NCBI GenBank assembly: GCA_963717465.1
Contig: OY970340.1
Location: 1,984,001 to 2,048,000 of the forward strand
Reading direction: 5' to 3'
Origin: Candidatus Bathyarchaeota archaeon
GTDB lineage: Archaea; Thermoproteota; Bathyarchaeia; Bathyarchaeales; Bathycorpusculaceae
Length of the DNA: 64,000 bases
The notes under the pieces were generated by a model, which was not told the DNA's origin, did no database searches, and worked only from the letters and a program-made list of their open reading frames with translations. This document shows, piece by piece, positions 28,536 to 37,270 of this stretch (position 1 is the stretch's first letter; every line of letters starts with the position of its first letter). Made by a program: the position numbers and the translations under genes.

Positions 28536-28786
28536 TTTAGTGCACCCTGTTCCTATATAAGCTTTGGCAATGTTTTGTAGGCATTTATTGGCGCATGGAT
28601 AAATTACATGCGACTTATTAGTCTATATTTAAAATTCAGCAGTAATTATTAATGAAATTATGTGATTGTACTCGAACAGTAACAATCTAAAAGTAGAGGG
28701 ATAGTGGTGACTTCACGCCTTTATCATGCCTTAAATGGGTATGTCACAATATTGTCCATGAAGCTTTATCTACTACCCTTTCTCTC

Positions 28787-29914
28787 TTATTCTCGCTTTT
28801 GTTTACTCGCATTTTGAATTAGAGTTATCCACTTGTTTTTTCCTTCTATGGTTATTCCGCATGCTTCGCTTGGAGTTTTGCCTTCTAATGCTTCATGGGG
28901 TCTTATGTAGTTGTGGAATATTTGGTAGCCTTGAAGGATTGCTGTGTCGTTTGTTTTTAATCCTCTCATGGTTTTTTCTCTATCTCGGATTTCACCGTTC
29001 ATTCTTTCCATTTTGTTATTGTTTCTATCGCCCCTAAGTTGAATGTGAGCAATATGCTCGGTTCTCGTCTCTTTCAAGTATGTCCAATATTCTTTTAGGT
29101 ATGCATCGCGGTAAGCGGGTAAACCATCAGTTATGAACGTCATTGGTTTTTTGCCCATAAGCTCTTTAGACATTCGCAATAGGTTTCTTGCATCATGCTT
29201 ATCTTTTGTTTCTGCGACTTCTTGCGCTATTCAAAACCTTGTCTCATCATCCATCATTGAGAACAAATATTTCATGTTACCTTTAACTTTGAGGTAAATT
29301 TCGTCTGCTCTCCATGTATCGCTTACGTTTGGCACTATTTTTTCTGTGTAGTTTTTCATTAGGGCTATGTACTTTTTAATCCAGTTATAGATTGTTTGAT
29401 GCGAAATCTCAACACCTAACAACTGTAAAGATTCCATTGTATTCCGTAATGATTCACCACTAAAGTAAAGTTGCATGGCACTAGTGATTGCTTGAGGATT
29501 ATGCTTCATTCGTTCAAAACCTATGTTGAAAGTAAAGTCTTTGTGGCAATTTTTGCAGTTGAATACTTGGATATTTCCAGCTTTGTTTTTTCTTATGCCA
29601 TGTTTAACTATGTTTGGTGAACCGCAATAGATGCAATTTGAAAGGTTTTCTATTGGAGTAATTGTTCTGACTTTTACTTCTGCTCTCATTGTTAATGAGA
29701 ACTTTACCGCATGAATGTGTTTGCATTCTACATGTCGGTATGTGTTGTCGGGGCATTGGCAAATCCATTCATCGTCTATTTTGGTTACTGCGTACTCTCC
29801 GTTTCCTGATTGTGATTTGACTTTATAGAAGCATTCGTCAACTCTTTGTATTTGGTTTTGGAGTTTTGCGATTGCTTCTCCGCGTTCTTCTCTTGTGGTT
29901 GTTAGTTGTGCCAT
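28787..29914 (-). pseudogene. IS6-family DDE transposase with SWIM and Zn-ribbon N-terminus, internal TGA at 29231-29233
   Basis: WICQCPD..CKHIHAV, CIYCGS..CKNC, WRADE, ETRF*IAQEV in one frame, ITDG, NNKMERMNG. Confidence 0.9.
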
Positions 29915-30042
29915 TTTACTTACCCTTATGTTTACCTAATAACACACCCACTTGTAAGCATTTAGGTGTGCTATTGGACAGCGTTATAGGTAAATTAATA
30001 TACCACTTAACCTATACCTACACCTAACAAAAGGTAAAGAAA

Positions 30043-30228
30043 ATGGGCGAAATAACTAACCTAAACAAGGCAGCATCAAAAACCGAGTCTCTACGAACCA
30101 CTGTTCCATCAAGCATCATTCACCAATTCGGCTTAACCGAATGGGATAAACTTGAATGGATTTTAAAGGCTGAAGGCGGAGAACTTATTATTCAGGTTAA
30201 ACCAATAAAAACAGGAAGAACCGAATAA
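30043..30228 (+). CDS. AbrB/MazE/SpoVT-type DNA-binding protein
   Basis: SLRTTVPSSIIHQFGLTEWDKLEW; divergent from transposase. Confidence 0.8.
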   Translation: MGEITNLNKAASKTESLRTTVPSSIIHQFGLTEWDKLEWILKAEGGELIIQVKPIKTGRTE

Positions 30229-30247
30229 AGAACAGGAGAAATTTACT

Positions 30248-30487
30248 TTGGCAGTTAAGGATAGAACAGGAGAAAAGTGTCCATTCTGTGACAAAGGCAA
30301 ACTTTTTGTTACAGGAAAAAGAGAAGTTTTGGAACCTGCTATAACACCTAAAAGTGGTGAATATCATAGAGAATTTACTGAATATGAGTGTGATGCTTGC
30401 CACAAAAGAACTGGTGCGCATGGACTAGGTATAGGGGTATCGCTTCATCTAACAGGTTCTGCAAAAGTCGAAAAAAAGAGTGATTAA
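30248..30487 (+). CDS. Small Zn-ribbon protein
   Basis: CPFC..YECDAC; AGGAG upstream. Confidence 0.65.
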   Translation: MAVKDRTGEKCPFCDKGKLFVTGKREVLEPAITPKSGEYHREFTEYECDACHKRTGAHGLGIGVSLHLTGSAKVEKKSD

Positions 30488-30694
30488 TTAGGTCATGCCT
30501 CGAAAGTTTACATGGAGAGTCAAGCCTTGAGAACTTTACAGAACCCTAAGCACGTTAGATAGAATAACATTCTTTAAATGATTTTAACGGCAAGCTTTTT
30601 TGAGACATTACGTCTCTTCTAATCGTTTGACTAATTTGTCATCTAGTTTGGCAGTGGTTAGTTTATACAGGTAACTTAACCAAGCCCTCGTGCC

Positions 30695-31018
30695 TCAAGA
30701 TATACAAGATGCCCAGATTATTCTTGTGTTTTCCTTAATCAATTGGTCAACCATATCCTCAATTTCTTTAGGGTCCATTGCTTCTTTGTTTGCCCTGTCA
30801 GCTATTATTATGTTTGCCACACTGACCAGGTAGTTATGCATAAAGTCGTAGTTGCTTCCCTCATATTTACCTGTATTTTGATTTTGACAGTAAATGCAAT
30901 AATTAGCATCAAATTTTGAAGACCCAGTTTCATTTAAATCACATCCACAACGAAGGCAAACTGCTGATTGTCTGTTATCGGTAAAACTCACTATCTGTAT
31001 GTTTTCCACAAACATCAC
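30695..31018 (-). CDS. Putative Zn-ribbon protein
   Basis: CLRCG...NYCIYCQ; overlaps upstream gene by 4 nt. Confidence 0.65.
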   Translation of the reverse strand: MMFVENIQIVSFTDNRQSAVCLRCGCDLNETGSSKFDANYCIYCQNQNTGKYEGSNYDFMHNYLVSVANIIIADRANKEAMDPKEIEDMVDQLIKENTRIIWASCIS

Positions 31019-32181
31019 CTCCCAGAACTAAATATCAGCGATTGTTGAAATGATGGTTTTCCCAACTCTTTTTTCTCCATCAAAATGTTTATAACTTCTA
31101 CGACTGCTTCGGCTGTTCTGCCTTCAAAATCTGGCCCGAAAAGCTCAACAATATCTCCTAAAAGAAGGCTATTTTGGTTTAGTTGCAATCCTATGGGCAA
31201 ACCAATTTTAATATTGTTTTTGACGGCAAAACTCTTTATTATTTGGACTATTTTGGCGATTTTGGTTAGAGGTACCCCATCCTCGCCTATTTCAAAGAGA
31301 TTTTTGTGAACGATGATTTGAGGGTTATTTAGGCTCTCAATTGGTTGCATTATGCAATCATGAAGAGCGCTTGTCAGTTTCTCCCTGTTAGTTTCTAACA
31401 TAATGTCTTTTTCGGCTAACGCGGTTAAAACGTGAAAAGAGCAGTATTCCATTGCCGTATATTTTTCTCTTCTGCTGGAGAGTCCATCCACATCAAAGGA
31501 ATAGAATATATGCGTCGGCAATGAGCTGATCCACTTTGATAATGTTGATTCGATCTCTTCTTGTGTTCCCCTCCAGTCTAGAAAGAAAATTCTATCGTTC
31601 ATTTTTTGAGGCAGTTTATTAGTCATGTATTCTTGTCTTAACTTTGTAACGCCAACAAATAGTATTGAGGAGATAATCTCTTTTTCGAGAAGAAATGAGA
31701 AAACATTACCTTTCCATCGTATTTTTTCAAAATCGTACAAATCAGCGTGAGCGTCAAAACATACAACCCCTATTTTTGGAGCCGGGTTTAAATCTTTGTA
31801 TACTCTTAGGACGATTTCAGTTGTAGCGTGTGAGTCAGAAAGAAACAATAAATTGCCATTTTTCCCGTCTTTGCACTTTTCCAGATTTTCCTTGACTATT
31901 CTCTCGCAATCGCTGTATGCTTTTTCCTCAGCATAATTAACATCCAAATCCTTATTCTTTGTCAATGTTTCTCTAATCCACAACCATTCGGGAATTTTTG
32001 CAACATCTCGTCCCCACTCTTGAACAAGTTGATTTACGTAACGAACGAAAGGATCATCAAGCCCAAAGTTCGCCTTTAACCATTCCACATTAATTACTAG
32101 TTGCTTGCCCGAAAATCTTTTTTGCCTTTCAATACTGTAACAAACTTTTTCATTCTTTAAATGAGGTAACCAGATTATCAA
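31015..32181 (-). CDS. Divergent arginase/ureohydrolase family protein
   Basis: SDSH, FDAHAD and SFDVDGL metal motifs. Confidence 0.75.
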   Translation of the reverse strand: MIIWLPHLKNEKVCYSIERQKRFSGKQLVINVEWLKANFGLDDPFVRYVNQLVQEWGRDVAKIPEWLWIRETLTKNKDLDVNYAEEKAYSDCERIVKENLEKCKDGKNGNLLFLSDSHATTEIVLRVYKDLNPAPKIGVVCFDAHADLYDFEKIRWKGNVFSFLLEKEIISSILFVGVTKLRQEYMTNKLPQKMNDRIFFLDWRGTQEEIESTLSKWISSLPTHIFYSFDVDGLSSRREKYTAMEYCSFHVLTALAEKDIMLETNREKLTSALHDCIMQPIESLNNPQIIVHKNLFEIGEDGVPLTKIAKIVQIIKSFAVKNNIKIGLPIGLQLNQNSLLLGDIVELFGPDFEGRTAEAVVEVINILMEKKELGKPSFQQSLIFSSGR

Positions 32182-32562
32182 CTTTAGTTCCTTCCGATCG
32201 TTAAAGCTTACGATTCTAGCATGCTAACTGCGATTTATCTTTGCTGAGCCTATCAATTTCAAGCTTTCAAACCCTTGTCTAACTGCGTGTTCATTTACCC
32301 AAAAAAAGTAGATTCCTAATTAATAACGTTTAGTTTTGCGAGGTTAATCCACGTATGCTGGCAATAAAGCTAAATTGTGTAGTACAGAAAGCGTCCGGCG
32401 ATAGGTCTGGACTAATTCTCTTATTTTTCAAAACAGCTTTCGATAAGGAAAATTCCCTTGATCGCTAAGGACAGTAGTTTCTAATTTAGTTTTTTGTGTG
32501 TATACTTTTGCTATGCACATGAAGTTACATGCTGTAGCAAGCGTATTCTTTTTTGGTCTTAA

Positions 32563-33159
32563 ATGTTAATCTTGCGCAATAATCGTTTGGCTTTAAGTGC
32601 TGTTGTAACGAGTTTAATAATTCTAGTTATTGCCGTCCTACTTGCAAGTGTAGTCACTTATTTTGCCATTAATACTTCCAATACACGAGTTCAAGAGGAA
32701 AGTTTAGTAGTAAATAAGGTTCATATCTGGGTTCCAAGCGACTCTTCAGCCACTGAAGCGGCCTTTATTGTCATAAATACTGGCGGCAGAGATGTCGTTA
32801 TAACTAAGATTTGCGTTAGAGGTCAAGAAGCATGTATCCCTCCAAATCCAGATGATGCACTTCAAGACGTGTGCTTTGCTGTCACAAATAAATCAATCTC
32901 GGTTGACCTCAGCTACGTATTAGCCGTCTCAACAGGCGGAGATTTGGTGCCAATTGATAACAATACAAACGATGACATCAGGCTAGTCCAAGCTACGAGC
33001 TCTGTAACTCTAAGTTCCGGTTGCAGCATGGTAGTTTACATTTCAGAACCAGACAGCGTATCCATTAACGACGTCGGAACAACCGTTCCCATAACGATTT
33101 TTACCGCGCAATCAATTTATTATCAAGAAAGCAATGTAGAAGCATTCGCGTCAACGTAG
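32563..33159 (+). CDS. Archaellin/type IV pilin-like protein
   Basis: Class III signal peptide RNNRLA|LSAVVTSLIILVIAVLLASVV; NTGGRD. Confidence 0.8.
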   Translation: MLILRNNRLALSAVVTSLIILVIAVLLASVVTYFAINTSNTRVQEESLVVNKVHIWVPSDSSATEAAFIVINTGGRDVVITKICVRGQEACIPPNPDDALQDVCFAVTNKSISVDLSYVLAVSTGGDLVPIDNNTNDDIRLVQATSSVTLSSGCSMVVYISEPDSVSINDVGTTVPITIFTAQSIYYQESNVEAFAST

Positions 33160-33299
33160 AAATATTCACACCCAAAAATATCAAAGTGACATTTCTTACA
33201 ATTATTCTAAAAAAATGTTCTCACTGCTAACGGTTTAAACCTGTATCAAGAATAAATTTTTTATGTTTGAAATGACGTTCGAATCTGTATCCCTTACGC

Positions 33300-34610
33300 T
33301 TGATTTTGATAAAGCTTCTTATGCCCAAGATAACTAGTAATCATGGGAAACGGAGGGCTCGGCAGGTTAACATATTGTTTAGAAAGCGCGAGATTGCTCT
33401 TTTAGTCAGTTTGCTTGCTGCCTCTTTCATAGTTAGGTTTCTCTTGTTTCCTTTGCCTGGTTACACGATCGATACAAATGATTTTCTTGCGTGGTTTAAC
33501 GTTGCATCAACGCATGGCATAAGGCTCTTTTACTCTTCCGCAGGCTGGACTGATTATCCGCCGGCTAATGTTTACATCTTCTGGTTTTTCGGCAATTTGG
33601 CCAATTTTGCCTCAAAGTACGGTGTGAATGCTTCAAGTATTGTCAAGTTGGCGCCAAACCTCTTTGACATAGGTACGGCAATCTTAATCTATATTTTCGT
33701 TCGCAAAAAATCAAGCTTTAAACTTGCACTCGCCGCCACTGCACTATATGCTTTCAACCCAGCCGTCATATATAACGCGGCTGTTTGGGGTCAGTATGAT
33801 GCTGTCTACACGTTTTTCCTTGTTCTATCTCTCATGCTCGTGTTGAATGGCAAACCTAACCTTTCATCAGCAGCTTTTGCTTTGGGGATTTTGACAAAGC
33901 CTCAGGGAATAGCTATAGCGCCATTAGTAGCCTTTTTAATTTACAAAAAGAACGGTTTAAAACAGATGTTATTTTCAGTGCTTGTATTTGCCGCAACAGT
34001 TTTCATAGTCATTCTCCCTTTCAATTGGGGCACCAACCCGATTTCTTTTTTGATCAACATTTACTTTGGCGGTTACAAGGAATATGCATTCACATCAGTT
34101 AATGCTTTCAACTTGTGGGGCGGCTTAATTGGCATGTGGGTTCCTGATGGAAACCTTTTCATTGTTGGATGGGCACTGTTTTGCGCTCTTACTATTTTTA
34201 CTTTGTACTTTTTGAATAAACGTTTCAAAACTTCAGACGTGTTCATGGTTTTTTTTGCGGCATTCATGCTTTTTTTCGGCTTTTTTATGTTGCCAACGAG
34301 GATTCATGAGCGTTATTTGTTTCCAGCTATAAGCATGTTAGCATTAACGTTTCCATTCATCAAATGGGCGCGGCCACTATATTTGGTGTTGACGGCGACT
34401 TTACTAGTCAATGAAGCGTACGTTTTGTATTGGCTTAACGCTTATTATCCTAGTGCACCCAACCTAACTGGTGACCCCGTTGTTCTGGTAGTAAGTGCTA
34501 TTAACCTGATAATGCTAGCGTATGCCTCAATAGTACTATGGAATAAGCGTGCATGGCTTAAAGCTGAGCCTGCAAAGATAAGCCAAAGCCAAGATGAGGG
34601 GTCTAAATGA
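33300..34610 (+). CDS. GT-C fold membrane glycosyltransferase
   Basis: DYPP, FNPAVIYNAAVWGQYD, TKPQ, NAFNLW, HERY; true start may be TTG ~33375. Confidence 0.85.
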   Translation: MILIKLLMPKITSNHGKRRARQVNILFRKREIALLVSLLAASFIVRFLLFPLPGYTIDTNDFLAWFNVASTHGIRLFYSSAGWTDYPPANVYIFWFFGNLANFASKYGVNASSIVKLAPNLFDIGTAILIYIFVRKKSSFKLALAATALYAFNPAVIYNAAVWGQYDAVYTFFLVLSLMLVLNGKPNLSSAAFALGILTKPQGIAIAPLVAFLIYKKNGLKQMLFSVLVFAATVFIVILPFNWGTNPISFLINIYFGGYKEYAFTSVNAFNLWGGLIGMWVPDGNLFIVGWALFCALTIFTLYFLNKRFKTSDVFMVFFAAFMLFFGFFMLPTRIHERYLFPAISMLALTFPFIKWARPLYLVLTATLLVNEAYVLYWLNAYYPSAPNLTGDPVVLVVSAINLIMLAYASIVLWNKRAWLKAEPAKISQSQDEGSK

Positions 34611-36457
34611 ACCTTGATTTGCAAATCAACAAGAAAGATATTATAACTATTGTCTTGGTTTCCTTAGTTTTTTTTGGTATCGCCGTTTGGAATGTGGGTT
34701 CAATTCAATATCCAGTTTCAAATTGGCAGGCAACAACACCTGAAAGCTTCTACATCAATTTAGGTCAAATGCAGAATATTCAAACAGTCTATTTCTGGGT
34801 TCAAAGTGGGAATGCCGAGGTAACGATTTATTCAGGTTCTCCTGGAAACTGGACTTATCTTGGCACTTATGATCTTCAACCTGCCGCTACAGATTACTCG
34901 GTTTTTCAACCATGCACTATTAATGCCTATACACAGTTTTTGAATTTTTATGTCCAACCGACGACTTATGATTCTCGACCTAACTTTTGGTGGAGTGTTC
35001 CTAACCCATCAGATGAGCAACCGTCTAATTTTATCGAAATCTCGGAAATTGGTTTAATGAGCCCAAGCGACCAGCAAATCAAGATTCCTGCCAACTCAAT
35101 TACAGGTGAAAATACTACAGACACATCGCTATCTAAGCTGATTGACGAGCAAAACGAGCTGCAAATCCCGCCAGACTACATGTCTAAAATGTACTTTGAC
35201 GAGGTGTATTTTGCTCGGGCTGCAGAAAATTATGTGCAGCATCAAATTCCATATGAACGAACTCATCCGCCGCTTGGGAAACTGATTCAAGCCTCTGGAA
35301 TACTTCTTTTTGGCGCAACTCCTTTTGGCTGGCGAATTATGGGAGTGATATTTGGAACGTTGATGATACCCTTGCTGTATCTTATTGGAAAGAAGCTGTT
35401 TGGAACATGGATTGGAGGTTTTTCTGCAGCGTTTCTGTTCTCGTTTGACTTCATGCATTTCACAATGGCTAGAATTGGCACCGTAGATACCTATATTGTA
35501 TTCTTTTCGTTGCTGTCGCAGTTATTCTTCATAATTTACCTTGCAAACGTCGTTAAGAATGGGTGGAAAACATCTATTTGGCCATTGTTTTTAGCAGTAA
35601 TCTTTTTTGCCTTGGGATTCTCTACGAAGTGGTTTACAATTTTTGGGGCTGGCGGTTTATTAGTGCTGTTTTTGGCATACAAGCTCAAAGATGCCATAAA
35701 ACTTAAAGGTGGATTCGCTGATAAGCTTGCTACTTTCTTTGGCTATCCTCTTCTACTGTTGATAGGCTTCATCGGTTTATCGGTTGTAATTTACTTCTTA
35801 ACATATATTCCTGACATGCTAGCAGGAGACTCTTTTTCAACAATTTTGAATCTGCAGAACGCAATGTACAGTTTTCAATCAGGCACAGTAACAGATCATA
35901 CTTCCTCTCCATGGTGGTCTTGGCCCTTCATGACTGGCATCGGCAACAATTCTGTTCCTAAATGGTTTGACATAACATACTTGCCTAATAATGTAGTATC
36001 AACGATCACAGCGTTCGGTAACCCGGTGGTCTGGTGGATCGGCTTTGCCAGCGTAATCGCATTAACCGGGACAATAATATATGAATCGAAAGTTTTTCAA
36101 AAGCTAAGCCAGCGGCTATCCGAGAAAAAATCAAAAGCAAAAATTATCTCGAAGGTCGATTTTTCTGCTGTATACATTGTTGTTGTTTTCTTTTTCTCTT
36201 GGCTTCCATACATCATAATTTCACGGGCGACTTACATTTACCATTTCTATTTATGTGTGCCACTTCTCTGCTTAGCATTGACTTACTTCATTAATAAGTA
36301 CTGGAACACACGCATTGGAAAAGTCTTCGCAATAGCCATATTCGCCGCAACCGTGATTTTGTTTATCGTGTTCTATCCGGTAATTTCGGGAATGCCTGTT
36401 TCCGAATCATACGTTGATAAACTTAAGTGGCTTCCAGGCTGGTTCTTTGCGCCATGA
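34607..36457 (+). CDS. Dolichyl-phosphate-mannose protein mannosyltransferase-like (GT39/PMT)
   Basis: YFDEVY, THPPLGK, FGWR, KW, SPWWSWP, GNPVVWW, YIYHF. Confidence 0.9.
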   Translation: MNLDLQINKKDIITIVLVSLVFFGIAVWNVGSIQYPVSNWQATTPESFYINLGQMQNIQTVYFWVQSGNAEVTIYSGSPGNWTYLGTYDLQPAATDYSVFQPCTINAYTQFLNFYVQPTTYDSRPNFWWSVPNPSDEQPSNFIEISEIGLMSPSDQQIKIPANSITGENTTDTSLSKLIDEQNELQIPPDYMSKMYFDEVYFARAAENYVQHQIPYERTHPPLGKLIQASGILLFGATPFGWRIMGVIFGTLMIPLLYLIGKKLFGTWIGGFSAAFLFSFDFMHFTMARIGTVDTYIVFFSLLSQLFFIIYLANVVKNGWKTSIWPLFLAVIFFALGFSTKWFTIFGAGGLLVLFLAYKLKDAIKLKGGFADKLATFFGYPLLLLIGFIGLSVVIYFLTYIPDMLAGDSFSTILNLQNAMYSFQSGTVTDHTSSPWWSWPFMTGIGNNSVPKWFDITYLPNNVVSTITAFGNPVVWWIGFASVIALTGTIIYESKVFQKLSQRLSEKKSKAKIISKVDFSAVYIVVVFFFSWLPYIIISRATYIYHFYLCVPLLCLALTYFINKYWNTRIGKVFAIAIFAATVILFIVFYPVISGMPVSESYVDKLKWLPGWFFAP

Positions 36458-37209
36458 CACAACCAAACAATCTCAGAAAGACAACAGAAGTAGAGGTTTC
36501 AGTGGTTCTTCCAGCCTTCAATGAAGTACATAGCTTAGAAACAGCTGTTCGAGGAATTAGCCAGAGTCTTGAGCAACTCAATTATTCGCATGAAGTTATT
36601 ATAGCTGAAGATGGCAGCACTGATGGCACAGCTGAAAAAGCCAAAGAGTTAGCAAAAAAATTCTCTAACGTTAAGCATATTCATCATGACCAACGCTTGG
36701 GACGAGGAAATGCGCTTAAAAATGCATTCAAACAAAGCAAAGGTCAGGTCCTAGTTTATGCAGATTTAGACTTAGCAACTGACCTGAAAGCGCTTAAACC
36801 ACTAATCGAATCCATAACAATTGAAGGTTACTCGTTTTCCACTGGCTCAAGAATGCTGCCTGACAGTAGAGTTGAACGTAGCTTCGCCAGAAGCGTAAGC
36901 TCTAATACTTACAATTTTCTGGTCAGGCATTTGTTAGGGTCAAAAGTTAAGGATCATCAATGTGGCTTCAAAGCATTCAAGAGAGAGCCGACATTAAGTT
37001 TGCTGGATGAGGTTGAGGCGGCTCACTGGTTTTGGGATACCGAGATACTTGTAAGGGCAAGTCGGCATGGTTACAAGATAAAAGAGATTCCCGTTGAATG
37101 GAAAGGCGGAAAGGCTACAAAGGTTAGTTTCTTTAAAGATTCAAATAACATGTTCAAGCAAATCTTAGAGCTAAGACGAAAACTGAAAAAAGAAGGTCTG
37201 AATAAATGA
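36454..37209 (+). CDS. GT2 dolichol-phosphate glycosyltransferase (ALG5/DPM1-like)
   Basis: VVLPAFNE, EDGSTDGT, DLDLA, DHQCGFKAF, WFWDTE. Confidence 0.9.
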   Translation: MTQPNNLRKTTEVEVSVVLPAFNEVHSLETAVRGISQSLEQLNYSHEVIIAEDGSTDGTAEKAKELAKKFSNVKHIHHDQRLGRGNALKNAFKQSKGQVLVYADLDLATDLKALKPLIESITIEGYSFSTGSRMLPDSRVERSFARSVSSNTYNFLVRHLLGSKVKDHQCGFKAFKREPTLSLLDEVEAAHWFWDTEILVRASRHGYKIKEIPVEWKGGKATKVSFFKDSNNMFKQILELRRKLKKEGLNK

Positions 37210-37270
37210 CTTTACTGAAATAGAAAAGGAAGCGATTGGAGATTAATATGCGCCTTTTTCTTATTGTATT

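Larger units (their letters stand above)
27656..30686. mobile_element. IS6-like element (inner unit) with passenger genes
   Basis: GG-starting imperfect IRs matching 11/14 around the transposase, AbrB, Zn-ribbon, DUF5678 and aspartyl protease genes. Confidence 0.65.
26691..32250. mobile_element. Putative nested IS6-like composite element with cargo
   Basis: Outer candidate IRs GGCTTTGCTAACAT (26691) and GGCTCAGCAAAGAT (minus strand, from 32250); inner IRs GGCTCTGTTAATTT (27656) and GGCTTGGTTAAGTT (minus strand, from 30686); no exact TSD. Confidence 0.5.

Noticed and set aside
29231..29233. Alternative genetic code or selenocysteine at the TGA
   Set aside because: TGA is a normal stop in many genes here, and the position corresponds to Trp.
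26683..32258. Target-site duplication of the IS6-like element
   Set aside because: Flanks GTATCATA vs TATCAATT (outer) and TTATTCTA vs CTCGTGCC (inner) are not matching 8-bp repeats; the shared TATCA may be chance.
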